From positions 1,472,001 to 1,536,000 of the forward strand of contig CAWIGG010000002.1 of assembly GCA_963835575.1 (NCBI GenBank): DNA of 64,000 nt. Reading direction: 5' to 3'. The stretch comes from an uncultured Spirochaetota bacterium. Its GTDB lineage: Bacteria > Spirochaetota > Brevinematia > Brevinematales > JAOACQ01. The position numbers were made by a program, and so were the translations under genes. The stretch's first letter is position 1; every line of letters starts with the position of its first letter. The notes beneath the pieces were generated by a model, which saw nothing but the letters and a program-made list of their open reading frames with translations, did no database searches and was not told the DNA's origin. Shown piece by piece: positions 19,731-29,529 of this stretch.

Positions 19731-20921
19731 TCATCCCAATCCGGATTTGCGGCGGGTGTAAATATCGTACAGAACGGCAAAAAGCAGTACCAAGGCTTTT
19801 ACGACATACTGCCATTGAGCCATGATATTCTTCAGCGACATGCCGTTGTCGATCGCTGCCATAACAAGACCGCCGGTCATAGCGCCGATAATTGTGCCGA
19901 TGCCGCCGGAAGTCGAAGCGCCGCCTATAAAACATGCGCCGATCGCATCGAGTTCGAAAAGGTTTCCCGCCTGCGGCAGGGCGGAATTCATATATGCCGC
20001 GAATATGACGCCGGCAAGTCCGCATAAGCCGCCCATTATGACATGCACAATGAAGGTCACCCTCTCGGTATTGATGCCCGACAGTTTGGCGGATCGGGCG
20101 TTACCCCCTACCGCATAGATATAGCGCCCCAGGATCGTATTATTGGTGATAAAAGTAAAGAGGGCTATGGTTATTCCAAGGACTATTACAACGATCGGGA
20201 CGCCGCGGTATGTTGCGAATTCCCAAGACAGGGCCCCGATAAAAAGACCGATCAGAAGAATTTTTCCAAGAAACAATCTCATCGACAGCACTTCAAAATT
20301 GTAGCGTTTCTTGTTATTGCGCGAAATTATTTCAGAAATGATATAAATGACAAAAACCAATGCCCCGATAAGTAGCGCCGTATAATATATGCCGCCGATC
20401 GTCAGGGCGTCTATATTTACCGTTCCGGTGGCAATCTGCTTGAACTGGTCGTCCTTGAGGGAAATCGGGGTAACATTGGTTACGATATATGTCAGGCCCC
20501 GGAAAAGCAGCATTCCCGCAAGGGTCACGATAAATGCCGGAATTTTGAGATACGCTATCCAGTAACCCTGGAACGCGCCGATAGCAATACCGATGCAGAT
20601 AGTCAGGAATACGGTTGCGATCATGCCTACCCCGGTATTGTATATCATGACGCTGAACGCTCCGGTCAAGGCGCATAAGGAACCGACGGAAAGATCGATA
20701 TTCCCGATGATGATTACCATCATCATTCCGACGGCAAGCAGAAGGATATAACTGTTCTGCATGAAGATATTCGTGATGTTGCGCGAATCAAGATTGATGC
20801 CGTTTGTTAAAAACGCGAAGGCGATCAAGATCAGAGCCAGCATAATGATCATCGAATAATTACGGATATTACTTATCAGCAATGAACTTAATGTTGTTTT
20901 TTGCGGTCTGCCGTCATTCAT
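19731..20921 (-). CDS. Multiple monosaccharide ABC transporter permease (GguB/MmsB-like)
   Basis: IDLSVGS, IPAFIVTLAGML, GRYIYAVGGN, ELDAIGACFIGG. Confidence 0.93.
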   Translation of the reverse strand: MNDGRPQKTTLSSLLISNIRNYSMIIMLALILIAFAFLTNGINLDSRNITNIFMQNSYILLLAVGMMMVIIIGNIDLSVGSLCALTGAFSVMIYNTGVGMIATVFLTICIGIAIGAFQGYWIAYLKIPAFIVTLAGMLLFRGLTYIVTNVTPISLKDDQFKQIATGTVNIDALTIGGIYYTALLIGALVFVIYIISEIISRNNKKRYNFEVLSMRLFLGKILLIGLFIGALSWEFATYRGVPIVVIVLGITIALFTFITNNTILGRYIYAVGGNARSAKLSGINTERVTFIVHVIMGGLCGLAGVIFAAYMNSALPQAGNLFELDAIGACFIGGASTSGGIGTIIGAMTGGLVMAAIDNGMSLKNIMAQWQYVVKALVLLFAVLYDIYTRRKSGLG

Positions 20922-22459
20922 ACAAGTTCTTCCTCCTGCTTAACTAATGCCATACGCATTACTTTTTCCTGGGTCGCTTCTTCACGCATCAGCATACCTT
21001 TTATCCTGCCTTCATTCATCACATAGATCCGGTCGGCCATCGAAAGGGCTTCGGGCAATTCTGATGTGACTATGATTATGCTTTTTCCCTCTTTCACCAG
21101 GTCATTCAATATGGAATGGATCTCGAACTTTGCGCCCACATCGATGCCACGAGTCGGTTCGTCCACAATAAAAATATCCGGATTGGCGAGAAGGGTCCGG
21201 CTCAATATGACTTTCTGCTGGTTTCCGCCGGAAAGGTTGCGCGCCAGCTGGTTTATTGAAGGGGTTTTTATATGCAATGAATCCCGGTATTTTTCGGCCG
21301 CGATGATCTCTTCACGCGTGTTGACGACGCCGGCCTTGGACAATTTGCTTAAGCTGGAAATGGAAATATTTGTTTTGACGCTCTGTATCAGTATCAAACC
21401 GAAGGTCTTGCGGTCTTCGGTGACATATCCTATCCCCGCTTTAAGGGCCATCATCGGCTTGGTGGTGTGGACCCGCTTTCCATGGATATATATTTCTCCC
21501 TTGCAGCTTGAACCGTAGGATTGGCCGTAAATGCTCATCATCAGTTCGGTCCTGCCGGCGCCCATAGGCCCGCAGAATGCAAGTATCTCGCCTTTTCGAA
21601 GATAGAATGAAACGTTGTCGACGACCTTGAGCAAATGATAATCGGGATGATAGACGGTCCAGTTCCTGACTTCGAGTACTTTCTCCTCGGTCTCTATGGG
21701 ATGTTTTTCCAGGCGCGTATCGAGATCCCGGCCGACCATATCCTTTATGAGCATCGTTTCGTTCAGGGAATCTTTTTTCACGTTATATGAAGATATCGAT
21801 TTTCCATCGCGCAATACCGTGACGGAATCGGCGATGCTGAGAACTTCCCTTAGTTTATGTGAAATCATTATGCAGGTGATCCCATGCTTTTTAAGGTCCC
21901 GGATGAGATCAAGCAGCTTGTCGCTTTCATCATCGTTAAGAGAAGACGTCGGTTCGTCTAAAATAAGCAGCTCGACTTTTTTTGAAAGCGCCCGGGCGAT
22001 TTCCACGAGCTGCTGCTTTCCGACACCGAGCTTGCTCACGATCGTACCCGGGTTTTCCTTCAAGCCGACGCGGTCAAGATATTTCTTCGATTCTTCAATA
22101 TATTTATCCCAGTTGATAATGCCCATAATCGTTTTCATATGCCCGAGAAAGATATTCTCGTAAATAGACAGGTACGGGCTCAGTGCAAGTTCCTGGTGAA
22201 TAATGGCAAGATTTTCTTTTTCGCTGTCCTTAACGCTCAAATAGTGTATTTCTTTACCTTTATAAAAAACTTTTCCCTGGTAGCTCCCTTTCGGGAACAC
22301 ACCGCTGATTACGCTCATGAGAGTGGATTTCCCGGCTCCGTTTTCACCTACTATCGAATGTATTTCTCCCTTTTTAACTTTCAGGTATACAGAATCAAGC
22401 GCGCGCACCCCGGGAAAATCCTTGGTTAGATTCTGGATTTCCAGTATATATTCGCTCAT
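20918..22459 (-). CDS. Sugar ABC transporter ATP-binding protein (GguA/MmsA-like)
   Basis: GENGAGKST, two ABC domains, LSGGNQQK, DEPTRGIDVG. Confidence 0.95.
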   Translation of the reverse strand: MSEYILEIQNLTKDFPGVRALDSVYLKVKKGEIHSIVGENGAGKSTLMSVISGVFPKGSYQGKVFYKGKEIHYLSVKDSEKENLAIIHQELALSPYLSIYENIFLGHMKTIMGIINWDKYIEESKKYLDRVGLKENPGTIVSKLGVGKQQLVEIARALSKKVELLILDEPTSSLNDDESDKLLDLIRDLKKHGITCIMISHKLREVLSIADSVTVLRDGKSISSYNVKKDSLNETMLIKDMVGRDLDTRLEKHPIETEEKVLEVRNWTVYHPDYHLLKVVDNVSFYLRKGEILAFCGPMGAGRTELMMSIYGQSYGSSCKGEIYIHGKRVHTTKPMMALKAGIGYVTEDRKTFGLILIQSVKTNISISSLSKLSKAGVVNTREEIIAAEKYRDSLHIKTPSINQLARNLSGGNQQKVILSRTLLANPDIFIVDEPTRGIDVGAKFEIHSILNDLVKEGKSIIIVTSELPEALSMADRIYVMNEGRIKGMLMREEATQEKVMRMALVKQEEELV

Positions 22460-22542
22460 TATATTTATAACCTGTCAATTGAAAAATAAAAAAAATAAAA
22501 CATACCGGGCCCGTTAAGGCCCGGCCGGCTTACTCTAATTGA

Positions 22543-23628
22543 TTATTTTATATCGCTTTCTTTGTAGTATCCGCTGTCTACCATGACAGCCTTCCAGTTG
22601 TCTTTAGTGACGGCAACAGGCTCGAGAAGGAAAGCTTTTACAAACTTCATTCCGGTATTATAGGTATTGGTGTCAAGACGCGCACCTTTGATGTCAGGAG
22701 TCGTGCCTTTCAGCAATGCGTCGGCAAGATCAATGGTCGCGGCTGCGAGGCTGCGCGTATCCTTGAAAACCGTCATGTACTGCTTTCCGTCGCGGATGAA
22801 TGCGATAGAAGCGGCTTCACCGTCCTGGCCTGTTACCACAGGAAGCTTTTTCGCATATTTTGCATCTGAAGAACATGCTTCGATTATCGCGCGGGCAAGT
22901 GTGTCGTTAGGAGCAAGAATACCGTCGAGAACTACATTTTTGCAATCGCCGCTCAGAAGGTTTTCCATGCGGGTCTTTGCAATATCCGGCATCCAGTTTT
23001 CCGTCGTGATCTTCATCCAAGTCGGATCGGTATCTTTGAGCGGAGCGGGTCCGGCGATCTTAAGAACTCCCTTCTGTACATACGGGGCAAGAATGCTCAT
23101 AGCGCCGTCGAAAAACATCCTCGAATTGTTGTCCGTTGGAGAACCTGAGAACAGCGTGATGACCTTCGGTTTGGCCTTCGTCGCATTAGGAAGGTCGAGT
23201 GCCGTTTCAAGGGCTTTACCCTGTAAGGTTCCGACCTTGAAGTTATCAAAAGTGATATAGTAGTCATAATCCTTGGAACCGGTAATTAAACGGTCGTATG
23301 CAATGACGATCACACCGTCTTTAGCAGCGTCCGCAACGACAGGATCCACGCCTTCGTTAATATCACCGATAACGAGAAGCTTTGCGCCTTTTGTCAGGAA
23401 ATCCTGGATCTGCCCATTCTGCTTGCTCTGGTCAGCGTCACCGTAGGAAACTTCCGACTTGTAACCCTTGGCAATTGCATCCGCAACAAGTGAAGCGCCG
23501 TCCTTATACCAGCGCAGGACATGGGTTTCAGGCATCGCGACGCCTATATACTTCCCGCCTGTTTTGGCGCATGAGAAAAGCCCGGCTGCTACAAAAAGAA
23601 CAACCACTACTGTTAACAATTTCCTCAT
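22543..23628 (-). CDS. Sugar-binding lipoprotein (ChvE/XylF-like)
   Basis: Lipobox LFSC; AYDRLI, TFDNFKVG, GSPTDNN, VTGQD, MTVFKDT; start ATG 23628 after SD gagga. Confidence 0.92.
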   Translation of the reverse strand: MRKLLTVVVVLFVAAGLFSCAKTGGKYIGVAMPETHVLRWYKDGASLVADAIAKGYKSEVSYGDADQSKQNGQIQDFLTKGAKLLVIGDINEGVDPVVADAAKDGVIVIAYDRLITGSKDYDYYITFDNFKVGTLQGKALETALDLPNATKAKPKVITLFSGSPTDNNSRMFFDGAMSILAPYVQKGVLKIAGPAPLKDTDPTWMKITTENWMPDIAKTRMENLLSGDCKNVVLDGILAPNDTLARAIIEACSSDAKYAKKLPVVTGQDGEAASIAFIRDGKQYMTVFKDTRSLAAATIDLADALLKGTTPDIKGARLDTNTYNTGMKFVKAFLLEPVAVTKDNWKAVMVDSGYYKESDIK

Positions 23629-23806
23629 AAAATATTCCTCCATAAAAAATTTTACATTATTGTAAATAATCGGATTCATAATTTATGCTGCAATTGAATT
23701 AATTTTTAATGATATTATCATCTTTTTTATTCCATGTCAATTAATTAAATAAAATATTAAATGATATTTAATAACTATGAACTAAGTTCCCGCTCGAGGC
23801 TGCCGC

Positions 23807-25202
23807 GAGTTATAATAGAAAGTTGTGTATAGGAATAAATATTATAAAAAAGATGGCGTACCCTCTATAATTTATTTACGACAATAAACAAAAGGAGGAA
23901 TACGCCATATGCCGAAGCACAACGAAGATTTTAAGCTCTTACAGGCTTTTAATCAAGATGAAACAGTAGAATTTTTATGTCTTGAAGAATTGGCAAGGAT
24001 CGGGGCCAGGGAAATAATCAAGAAGGCTCTGGAAGATGAAATTAATGGGTTTCTTCAGGAGAGAGAGCATTTAACTATCGAAGACGGGAGAAAGGCAATA
24101 GTAAGAAATGGGTATCATAAAGCCCGTCAGATTCTCATTGGTGGAGGGGCTATTGATGTATGTATTCCGAGAACAAGGAACCGACTCGGAGGCGACAATT
24201 TTCAAAGCCTAATAGTACCGCCGTATATGAGAAAAAGCCTGAGAATTGAGGAAGCCATTCCATTGTTGTATCTCTATGGAGTCTCAGAGATGGATATGGA
24301 GAATGCCTTGAGAGGATTGCTTGGTGAAGAAGCGAAAGGATTATCAGCCTCAAGTATAAGCAGAATGAAACAAGGATGGGGTAAAGAATATGATGAGTGG
24401 CGGACATCCGATTTAAGCGATAAAAAGTATTGCTATATATGGGTTGACGGCATTTACTTCAATGTACAGGGCAGCGAAGACCGTTTATGCACTCTTGTAA
24501 TGATCGGAGCCAATGAGAATGGTGAAAAGGAGATTATTCTTGTTGAAGAAGGTTACAGAGAGAATTCCGAGACTTGGTTAGGGATATTAAGAAACCTAAA
24601 AGAAAAAGGTTTGAAAGGTCCTATTCTTTTTATCGGAGACGGAAGCCTTGGATTCTGGAAAGCAGCCAAAGAAGTATATCCTGAATCCAGATGGCAGAGA
24701 TGCTGGGTTCATAAGATAAAGAACATTCTAAACAAGCTGCCCAAAGTATTACAGTCAAAGGCAAAAGAGATGCTTCATGAGATATGCAATGCTCCTGATA
24801 AGGATAATGCTATCAAAGCTTTTGAATTATTCCAGGCGGTTTTTAATCCTAAATATCCAGCAGCTGTCGAATGTTTAGAAAAGGATTGGGAGCTTATGAT
24901 CGAATTTTATAACTGTCCGGCGGAACATTGGGTACATATCCGTACGACAAACGTAATAGAATCTACCTTCTCTACAGTTCGATTAAGAACTAAAAAGATG
25001 AGAGGCTGCGGAACCAGGGAAACGATTCTAATAATGGTCTATAAATTACTGGATAAGGCATCCAGGCGATGGAGAAAATTAAGAGGTTATGAAAAGATTA
25101 GCCTTGTATTGGAAGGCGCTGTTTTTGAGAACGGAGAGCTTGTAAAAAAGGCAGCATAAAAAAATGAGAGGGTATGTCATACACAACATTTGACAAAAGC
25201 CA
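23807..25202 (+). mobile_element. IS256-family element copy 1 (right end altered, no TSD)
   Basis: Left end gagttataatagaaagttgtgtat identical to copy 2; right end reads ...gacaaaagcca instead of ...gacaaaaactc. Confidence 0.88.
23909..25159 (+). CDS. IS256 family (mutator) transposase
   Basis: RNGY, WVDGI, IGDG, QRCWVH, RTTNVIES motifs. Confidence 0.95.
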   Translation: MPKHNEDFKLLQAFNQDETVEFLCLEELARIGAREIIKKALEDEINGFLQEREHLTIEDGRKAIVRNGYHKARQILIGGGAIDVCIPRTRNRLGGDNFQSLIVPPYMRKSLRIEEAIPLLYLYGVSEMDMENALRGLLGEEAKGLSASSISRMKQGWGKEYDEWRTSDLSDKKYCYIWVDGIYFNVQGSEDRLCTLVMIGANENGEKEIILVEEGYRENSETWLGILRNLKEKGLKGPILFIGDGSLGFWKAAKEVYPESRWQRCWVHKIKNILNKLPKVLQSKAKEMLHEICNAPDKDNAIKAFELFQAVFNPKYPAAVECLEKDWELMIEFYNCPAEHWVHIRTTNVIESTFSTVRLRTKKMRGCGTRETILIMVYKLLDKASRRWRKLRGYEKISLVLEGAVFENGELVKKAA

Positions 25203-25379
25203 ACCTTACTCGAACTATGTCTTTTTAATCTTAAAAGTTCTCTATAACCCACTTTTATTCTTTTGTTTTTTCTCTTTTATTTCTTCCTTTGCCATCTTTT
25301 CTGTTTCAATTATTCCAATCTTATTCCTTTTGCTTTCCCTTATCCCAATTTTTTGCCTTAATTTAATTTTTCACAAGGA

Positions 25380-25479
25380 CGGGCTGAGACTTTTTGTTTT
25401 CAGGGAAAATTTAATCACCTGATGGTTTTGAACTGTTTTGACATAATAAAAAGCCGTTTCTGTTTTTGATTAATCCCAT
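25380..25479 (-). pseudogene. Frameshifted N-terminal remnant of tyrosine integrase
   Basis: Removing one T from a T5 run gives MGLIKNRNGFYYVKTVQNHQVIKFSLKTKSL, an integrase arm-binding-like start; SD ggggag; about 115 bp from tRNA 3' end. Confidence 0.55.
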
Positions 25480-25594
25480 AGAAACACTCCCCACAATGTA
25501 ATATTGGTTCAAAATCAGTGGTACCAAATCGGTACCAATGAAAGGGTGTGTTTTCTATCTTATTGAACGGTAATGTTTTAGAAAAGTACAAATA

Positions 25595-25679
25595 CGGAGG
25601 AGGAGGGATTCGAACCCCCGGTACCTTGCGGTACAACGGTTTTCAAGACCGTCTCCTTCGACCGCTCGGACACTCCTCC
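25595..25679 (-). tRNA. tRNA-Ser (anticodon TGA)
   Basis: Acceptor GGAGGAG/CTCCTCC+G, anticodon arm ACGGT-CTTGAAA-ACCGT, long variable arm, GGTTCGAATCC T-loop; CCA not encoded. Confidence 0.97.
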
Positions 25680-25686
25680 AAATTAT

Positions 25687-25841
25687 GCAATTCCAAAATT
25701 TTATTTTTGGAATTGCCTTATAATAAATACTTTTTGGGAAATTCTAAAACCGCTGCCGCGAGGAGTTCGCGAAGCGAACTTAGCGGCTGCATGATTCAGA
25801 ACAATATTGGCAGTTCTAAATTTTCGAGTTTTAGAACTGCC
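25687..25841. repeat. Two MITE/REP-like palindromes upstream of tRNA-Ser
   Basis: gcaattccaaaa/ttttggaattgc (25687-25716) and ggcagttctaaa/tttagaactgcc (25809-25841), with a gttcgcgaagcgaac hairpin between. Confidence 0.7.
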
Positions 25842-25908
25842 TGTTTATTATTTTATTATAGACGATGAAAATTGTCAAAAAACGTTATTAACGAAAAGAA
25901 CCCCGGCT

Positions 25909-26421
25909 TTATATCTTCAATAACTTTTTAATTTTGGCCAGCAATGCCGATTGCTCCAGGCTTAAACTCCTTTTTAAATAATTGATCATATAAATAGTGT
26001 CATTTATGAATTTATTCCTGAATTCATCGGAAGTCTCTTTTAAACTTAAAAGATTGTCCAGCATGTCGGCTAATTTGATCAACAGGGCTTCGCCGCTCAT
26101 GGCGTTCAGCTTCCCGGCAAGATAGCGGTCTTTACCCTGGATCTTTATCTCTTCTTTATTATTAGTCAGTTCCAACACTAGATCGGCAATTTTTTTATTA
26201 AAGATTTCAGCCAGTTCTTCATAAGATGTGTCTGTGTCCTCAAGAGTATCATGAAGATAAGCGGCGCATATGACATCGGGACTGTCCGTTAAAGAAGATA
26301 ATCTTAGAGCGACATTTTCAGGATGAACAATATAAGGCCTATTACTGAATTTCCTTTTTTGATTCTTATGTTTAAGCTTTGCGAAAAGATAAGCTTTTTC
26401 AATCAATTTATCACTATCCAT
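25909..26421 (-). CDS. HD-domain small alarmone hydrolase (SpoT/Mesh1-like)
   Basis: HKNQKRK..PYIVHP, LHDTLEDT, LIKLADMLDN; no synthetase domain. Confidence 0.85.
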   Translation of the reverse strand: MDSDKLIEKAYLFAKLKHKNQKRKFSNRPYIVHPENVALRLSSLTDSPDVICAAYLHDTLEDTDTSYEELAEIFNKKIADLVLELTNNKEEIKIQGKDRYLAGKLNAMSGEALLIKLADMLDNLLSLKETSDEFRNKFINDTIYMINYLKRSLSLEQSALLAKIKKLLKI

Positions 26422-26506
26422 ATCTTTAAATTAACTGATTTTTGACAAATAAGCAAATTCTGTCTATTATTGAGGAAGAAATCAGCTGATACGGGAAAGT
26501 AATAAA

Positions 26507-27778
26507 ATGGCATTCTATCGGATATTCCAGATCATCTTTTTTCTTATAATTATTGTTCCGCAATTCTGCACGGCATTGATATTGATTCCCATGGACACGA
26601 TGCAGGAGAATCATCTCAAGGCATACGGCCTGGCTTATAAAGCCCTCCAGAAGGGAATTCAAGTCAAATGGCTTTTGAACTACAGGGGCGGAAGTTTTCT
26701 GATCATGTCGGACGACGCGGGTTTCAAAGACTGGGCGCTGACAAGGAATATCATTAATGTGACGGTCAGCGGGGACGAGTTTGCTTCCATCCAGAAAATG
26801 ATGGAAGGGGAAAACATGAATGTTGTCAATCTCGATTCCGCTCCCCGTATCGCCGTGTACGCGCCGCCCTGGAACGCGCCCTGGGATGACGCCGTTACAC
26901 TGGCGCTCAAGTACGCTGAAATCCCCTACACGACTATCTGGGACGAGGAAGTCCTGAAAGGAACGCTTTCAACCGATAATTTTGACTGGCTTCATCTGCA
27001 CCATGAGGACTTTACCGGCCAGCATGGAAAATTCTGGTTCGGTTATTCCGGCGAGAAATGGTATATCGAGCGGGTGATGTTATTTGAGAAAACAGCGCAT
27101 GAGCTTGGTTTTCAAACAGTTCAGGAAGAAAAAAAAGCGGTCGCATCAAAAATCAAGGATTTTGTTGCAAAGGGCGGTTTCCTTTTCGCCATGTGCGCGG
27201 CGACGGATACTCTGGACATAGCGCTGGCCAGCATCGGGATCGATATCATTCCTCCCGAGATAGACGGCACGCCCATCGACCCGGATGTCAATAAAAAGCT
27301 GAATTATCAGAATACTTTCGCATTTGAAAATTTTCAGCTCGTTTCCAATCCTTATGTTTATGAATTTTCTGATATCGATATTGACCCGGTTTCTGAAGGG
27401 ATTTATACCCAGCCCTTTTTTTTCAAGCTGAATGAATTTTCAGCGAAATATGATATTATTCCGAGCATGCTCGTTCAAAATCATAATAATCTCGTCAAAG
27501 GCTTCCTGGGACAGACAACGGCATTCCATACGAATAGAATAAAAAGCAGCGTAACATTTCTTAATACTGTGGATGGCCGCGATTGGGTTACATATATCCA
27601 TGGCGACATGGGCAAGGGGACGTTCACGTTTTTGGGAGGGCACGACCCGGAGGATTACGCCCATAAAGTTGGCGACCCGCCGACGAATCTTGACCTCTTC
27701 CCCAATTCTGAAGGATACAGGCTGATACTGAATAATGTCCTCTTTCCCGCAGCAAAAAGAAAACAAAGAAAAACCTGA
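26507..27778 (+). CDS. Exported class-I glutamine-amidotransferase-like protein of unknown function
   Basis: Signal peptide; HLKAYG, WDDAVT, WLHLHHEDFTGQ, GGFLFAMC, GGHDPED; resembles a family often labelled asparagine synthetase B. Confidence 0.7.
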   Translation: MAFYRIFQIIFFLIIIVPQFCTALILIPMDTMQENHLKAYGLAYKALQKGIQVKWLLNYRGGSFLIMSDDAGFKDWALTRNIINVTVSGDEFASIQKMMEGENMNVVNLDSAPRIAVYAPPWNAPWDDAVTLALKYAEIPYTTIWDEEVLKGTLSTDNFDWLHLHHEDFTGQHGKFWFGYSGEKWYIERVMLFEKTAHELGFQTVQEEKKAVASKIKDFVAKGGFLFAMCAATDTLDIALASIGIDIIPPEIDGTPIDPDVNKKLNYQNTFAFENFQLVSNPYVYEFSDIDIDPVSEGIYTQPFFFKLNEFSAKYDIIPSMLVQNHNNLVKGFLGQTTAFHTNRIKSSVTFLNTVDGRDWVTYIHGDMGKGTFTFLGGHDPEDYAHKVGDPPTNLDLFPNSEGYRLILNNVLFPAAKRKQRKT

Positions 27779-27848
27779 TCTAACTTCAATATCAAACGGA
27801 AATTGAAATTTAAAGAATAACAAAATATTTAGTTTTTGGAATAGCGCT

Positions 27849-28313
27849 CTATTTTTTTTCCAGCTGTTTATAATCCAGTACGATAACAGAACCGGTCATG
27901 AAATAGGCAAAATAAAATAAAAAGACTGCAATATCGGCAAGCCCTTTTAAACCGAAAAAGCTTCCGGCGAAAAATGAAAACAATACTCCCATTATCCCGA
28001 TCACAGGAAAGGATATCCACCTGACAATATCATTATCAGTCAATCTTAATACATTGATAAAAAATAACAGTAAAAACAGGTATTCGAAGAAATTAAAAAG
28101 CAGGAATAAATTCAATAATCCCGAAAGGACAAGAAAAACCAGGCAGGTAATAAGAACAACGTCCACTTTTGAAACGGCTTTTTTATAAACATAAGAAATG
28201 CCTATTAAGCCGAACCCTAACAGGGAATAATGAAAGAAATAGCTTTCTGATTTTAAATAAAACGGAGAAAGACTGAGTAATAAGCCCGCGATAAAGAAAT
28301 TTCTCCAGTTCAC
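27849..28313 (-). CDS. Hypothetical membrane protein
   Basis: 154 aa, mostly hydrophobic; 4-bp overlap with pyrK stop. Confidence 0.7.
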   Translation of the reverse strand: MNWRNFFIAGLLLSLSPFYLKSESYFFHYSLLGFGLIGISYVYKKAVSKVDVVLITCLVFLVLSGLLNLFLLFNFFEYLFLLLFFINVLRLTDNDIVRWISFPVIGIMGVLFSFFAGSFFGLKGLADIAVFLFYFAYFMTGSVIVLDYKQLEKK

Positions 28314-29053
28314 AGTTTCACCTCATTCCAGCTGAAAACCGGTCCATCCGTACAAACTAATTTATACCCGCCTTCATGTGTTTCCACTGAACATCCCTTG
28401 CAGACGCCGAAGCCGCATCCCATTATTGTCTCGACCGAATAATATGCTTCGCATCCCGGTTTTTTATTTAATAGAACATTCAGCGCGTTAAACATAGGAT
28501 TAGGTCCGCAGGCATAGATTGCGTATTCATTCAGATCATACTTCATTGCCAGATCCACAACTGTACCCTTTTCCCCTATGCTCCCATCTTCAGAAGCAAT
28601 GATAATCTTGCAGTTCTTTTCAAACGGCTTCAAATCGGGCAGCCATTCACTGCTCCTGACGCCGAACAGCAGCGTTGAACCTGCCAGCTTTTTTGAAAGG
28701 AATAAAAAAGGGGCTATTCCCGTGCCACCGGCTATAAAGAGGCCTTTCTTTTTGGTCAGAGGGAAAGCGTTGCCGAGCGGCCCGATGATGTTGAGTTTAT
28801 CCCCCGCCTTTTTTTCAGAAAGAAGCTCTGTCCCCCTTCCTTTGATCAATACCAGAACAGAAAGCTCATCGCCCCCGGCATCACAGACGCTCATCGGCCG
28901 GCGGAGAAGCGGATCATATGTATCGGAAATCCTGATATTGATAAACTGTCCGGGCAGGGCTTCACTGGCTATTTTGTATGTCTTCATTTTTAAATAGAGA
29001 TAATGACCGGTGATTTCTTTTTTAATGATCTCACAGTTCTCTTTATATTTCAT
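28310..29053 (-). CDS. pyrK: Dihydroorotate dehydrogenase electron transfer subunit
   Basis: LRRPMS, GPLGN, AGGTGIAP, ACGP, CGFGVCKGC...C 2Fe-2S motif; start re-placed at ATG 29053. Confidence 0.85.
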   Translation of the reverse strand: MKYKENCEIIKKEITGHYLYLKMKTYKIASEALPGQFINIRISDTYDPLLRRPMSVCDAGGDELSVLVLIKGRGTELLSEKKAGDKLNIIGPLGNAFPLTKKKGLFIAGGTGIAPFLFLSKKLAGSTLLFGVRSSEWLPDLKPFEKNCKIIIASEDGSIGEKGTVVDLAMKYDLNEYAIYACGPNPMFNALNVLLNKKPGCEAYYSVETIMGCGFGVCKGCSVETHEGGYKLVCTDGPVFSWNEVKL

Positions 29054-29474
29054 ACATTCCCTTTTGCTCATTCTACAGCTAAATATAATAAGGGAAAAGA
29101 GCAAAAGTGTCAAAGGAAAAAGGGAAAGGGAGGCACTGGCTGCGCCAGTGCCTGTCCACAAATCATGACCGCCGGCGATAAGCGGCGGCCGGAATTTAAT
29201 TTTCATTTTCCTTTAAATCGGCCCAAACTGGCATTCTGCTGGCGGAAGTCAGAATCGCCCCAAAAATTACCGGATAGCTTCCATCGCATCCGGGTATACC
29301 GGTAATTTTTGTGGCTCAAAAGTAATAACAACAATGTGGCCCTCAACCACCGGCGGACGGGATGGAAAGATAAAATAAAAAATAATAATATAAACAAAGA
29401 CCGGGAGCCTCTTAACAAAGTCGTTCATTATGAAAAAAGGCCGGGTTTATTAGACAATTTGATCAAAAAGTCAA

Positions 29475-29503
29475 TTGACAAATCTTATTAATAGCATTAG
29501 AAT
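29475..29503 (+). promoter_or_regulatory. Sigma70 promoter of thyX
   Basis: TTGACA, 17 bp, TAGAAT. Confidence 0.65.
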
Positions 29504-29529
29504 TAAAGAGAGTTATCAGGAGTTTTTTC

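Noticed and set aside
29054..29418. N-terminal extension of pyrK and 71-aa upstream ORF
   Set aside because: PyrK similarity starts at ATG 29053; upstream frames run through hairpins and low-complexity sequence.
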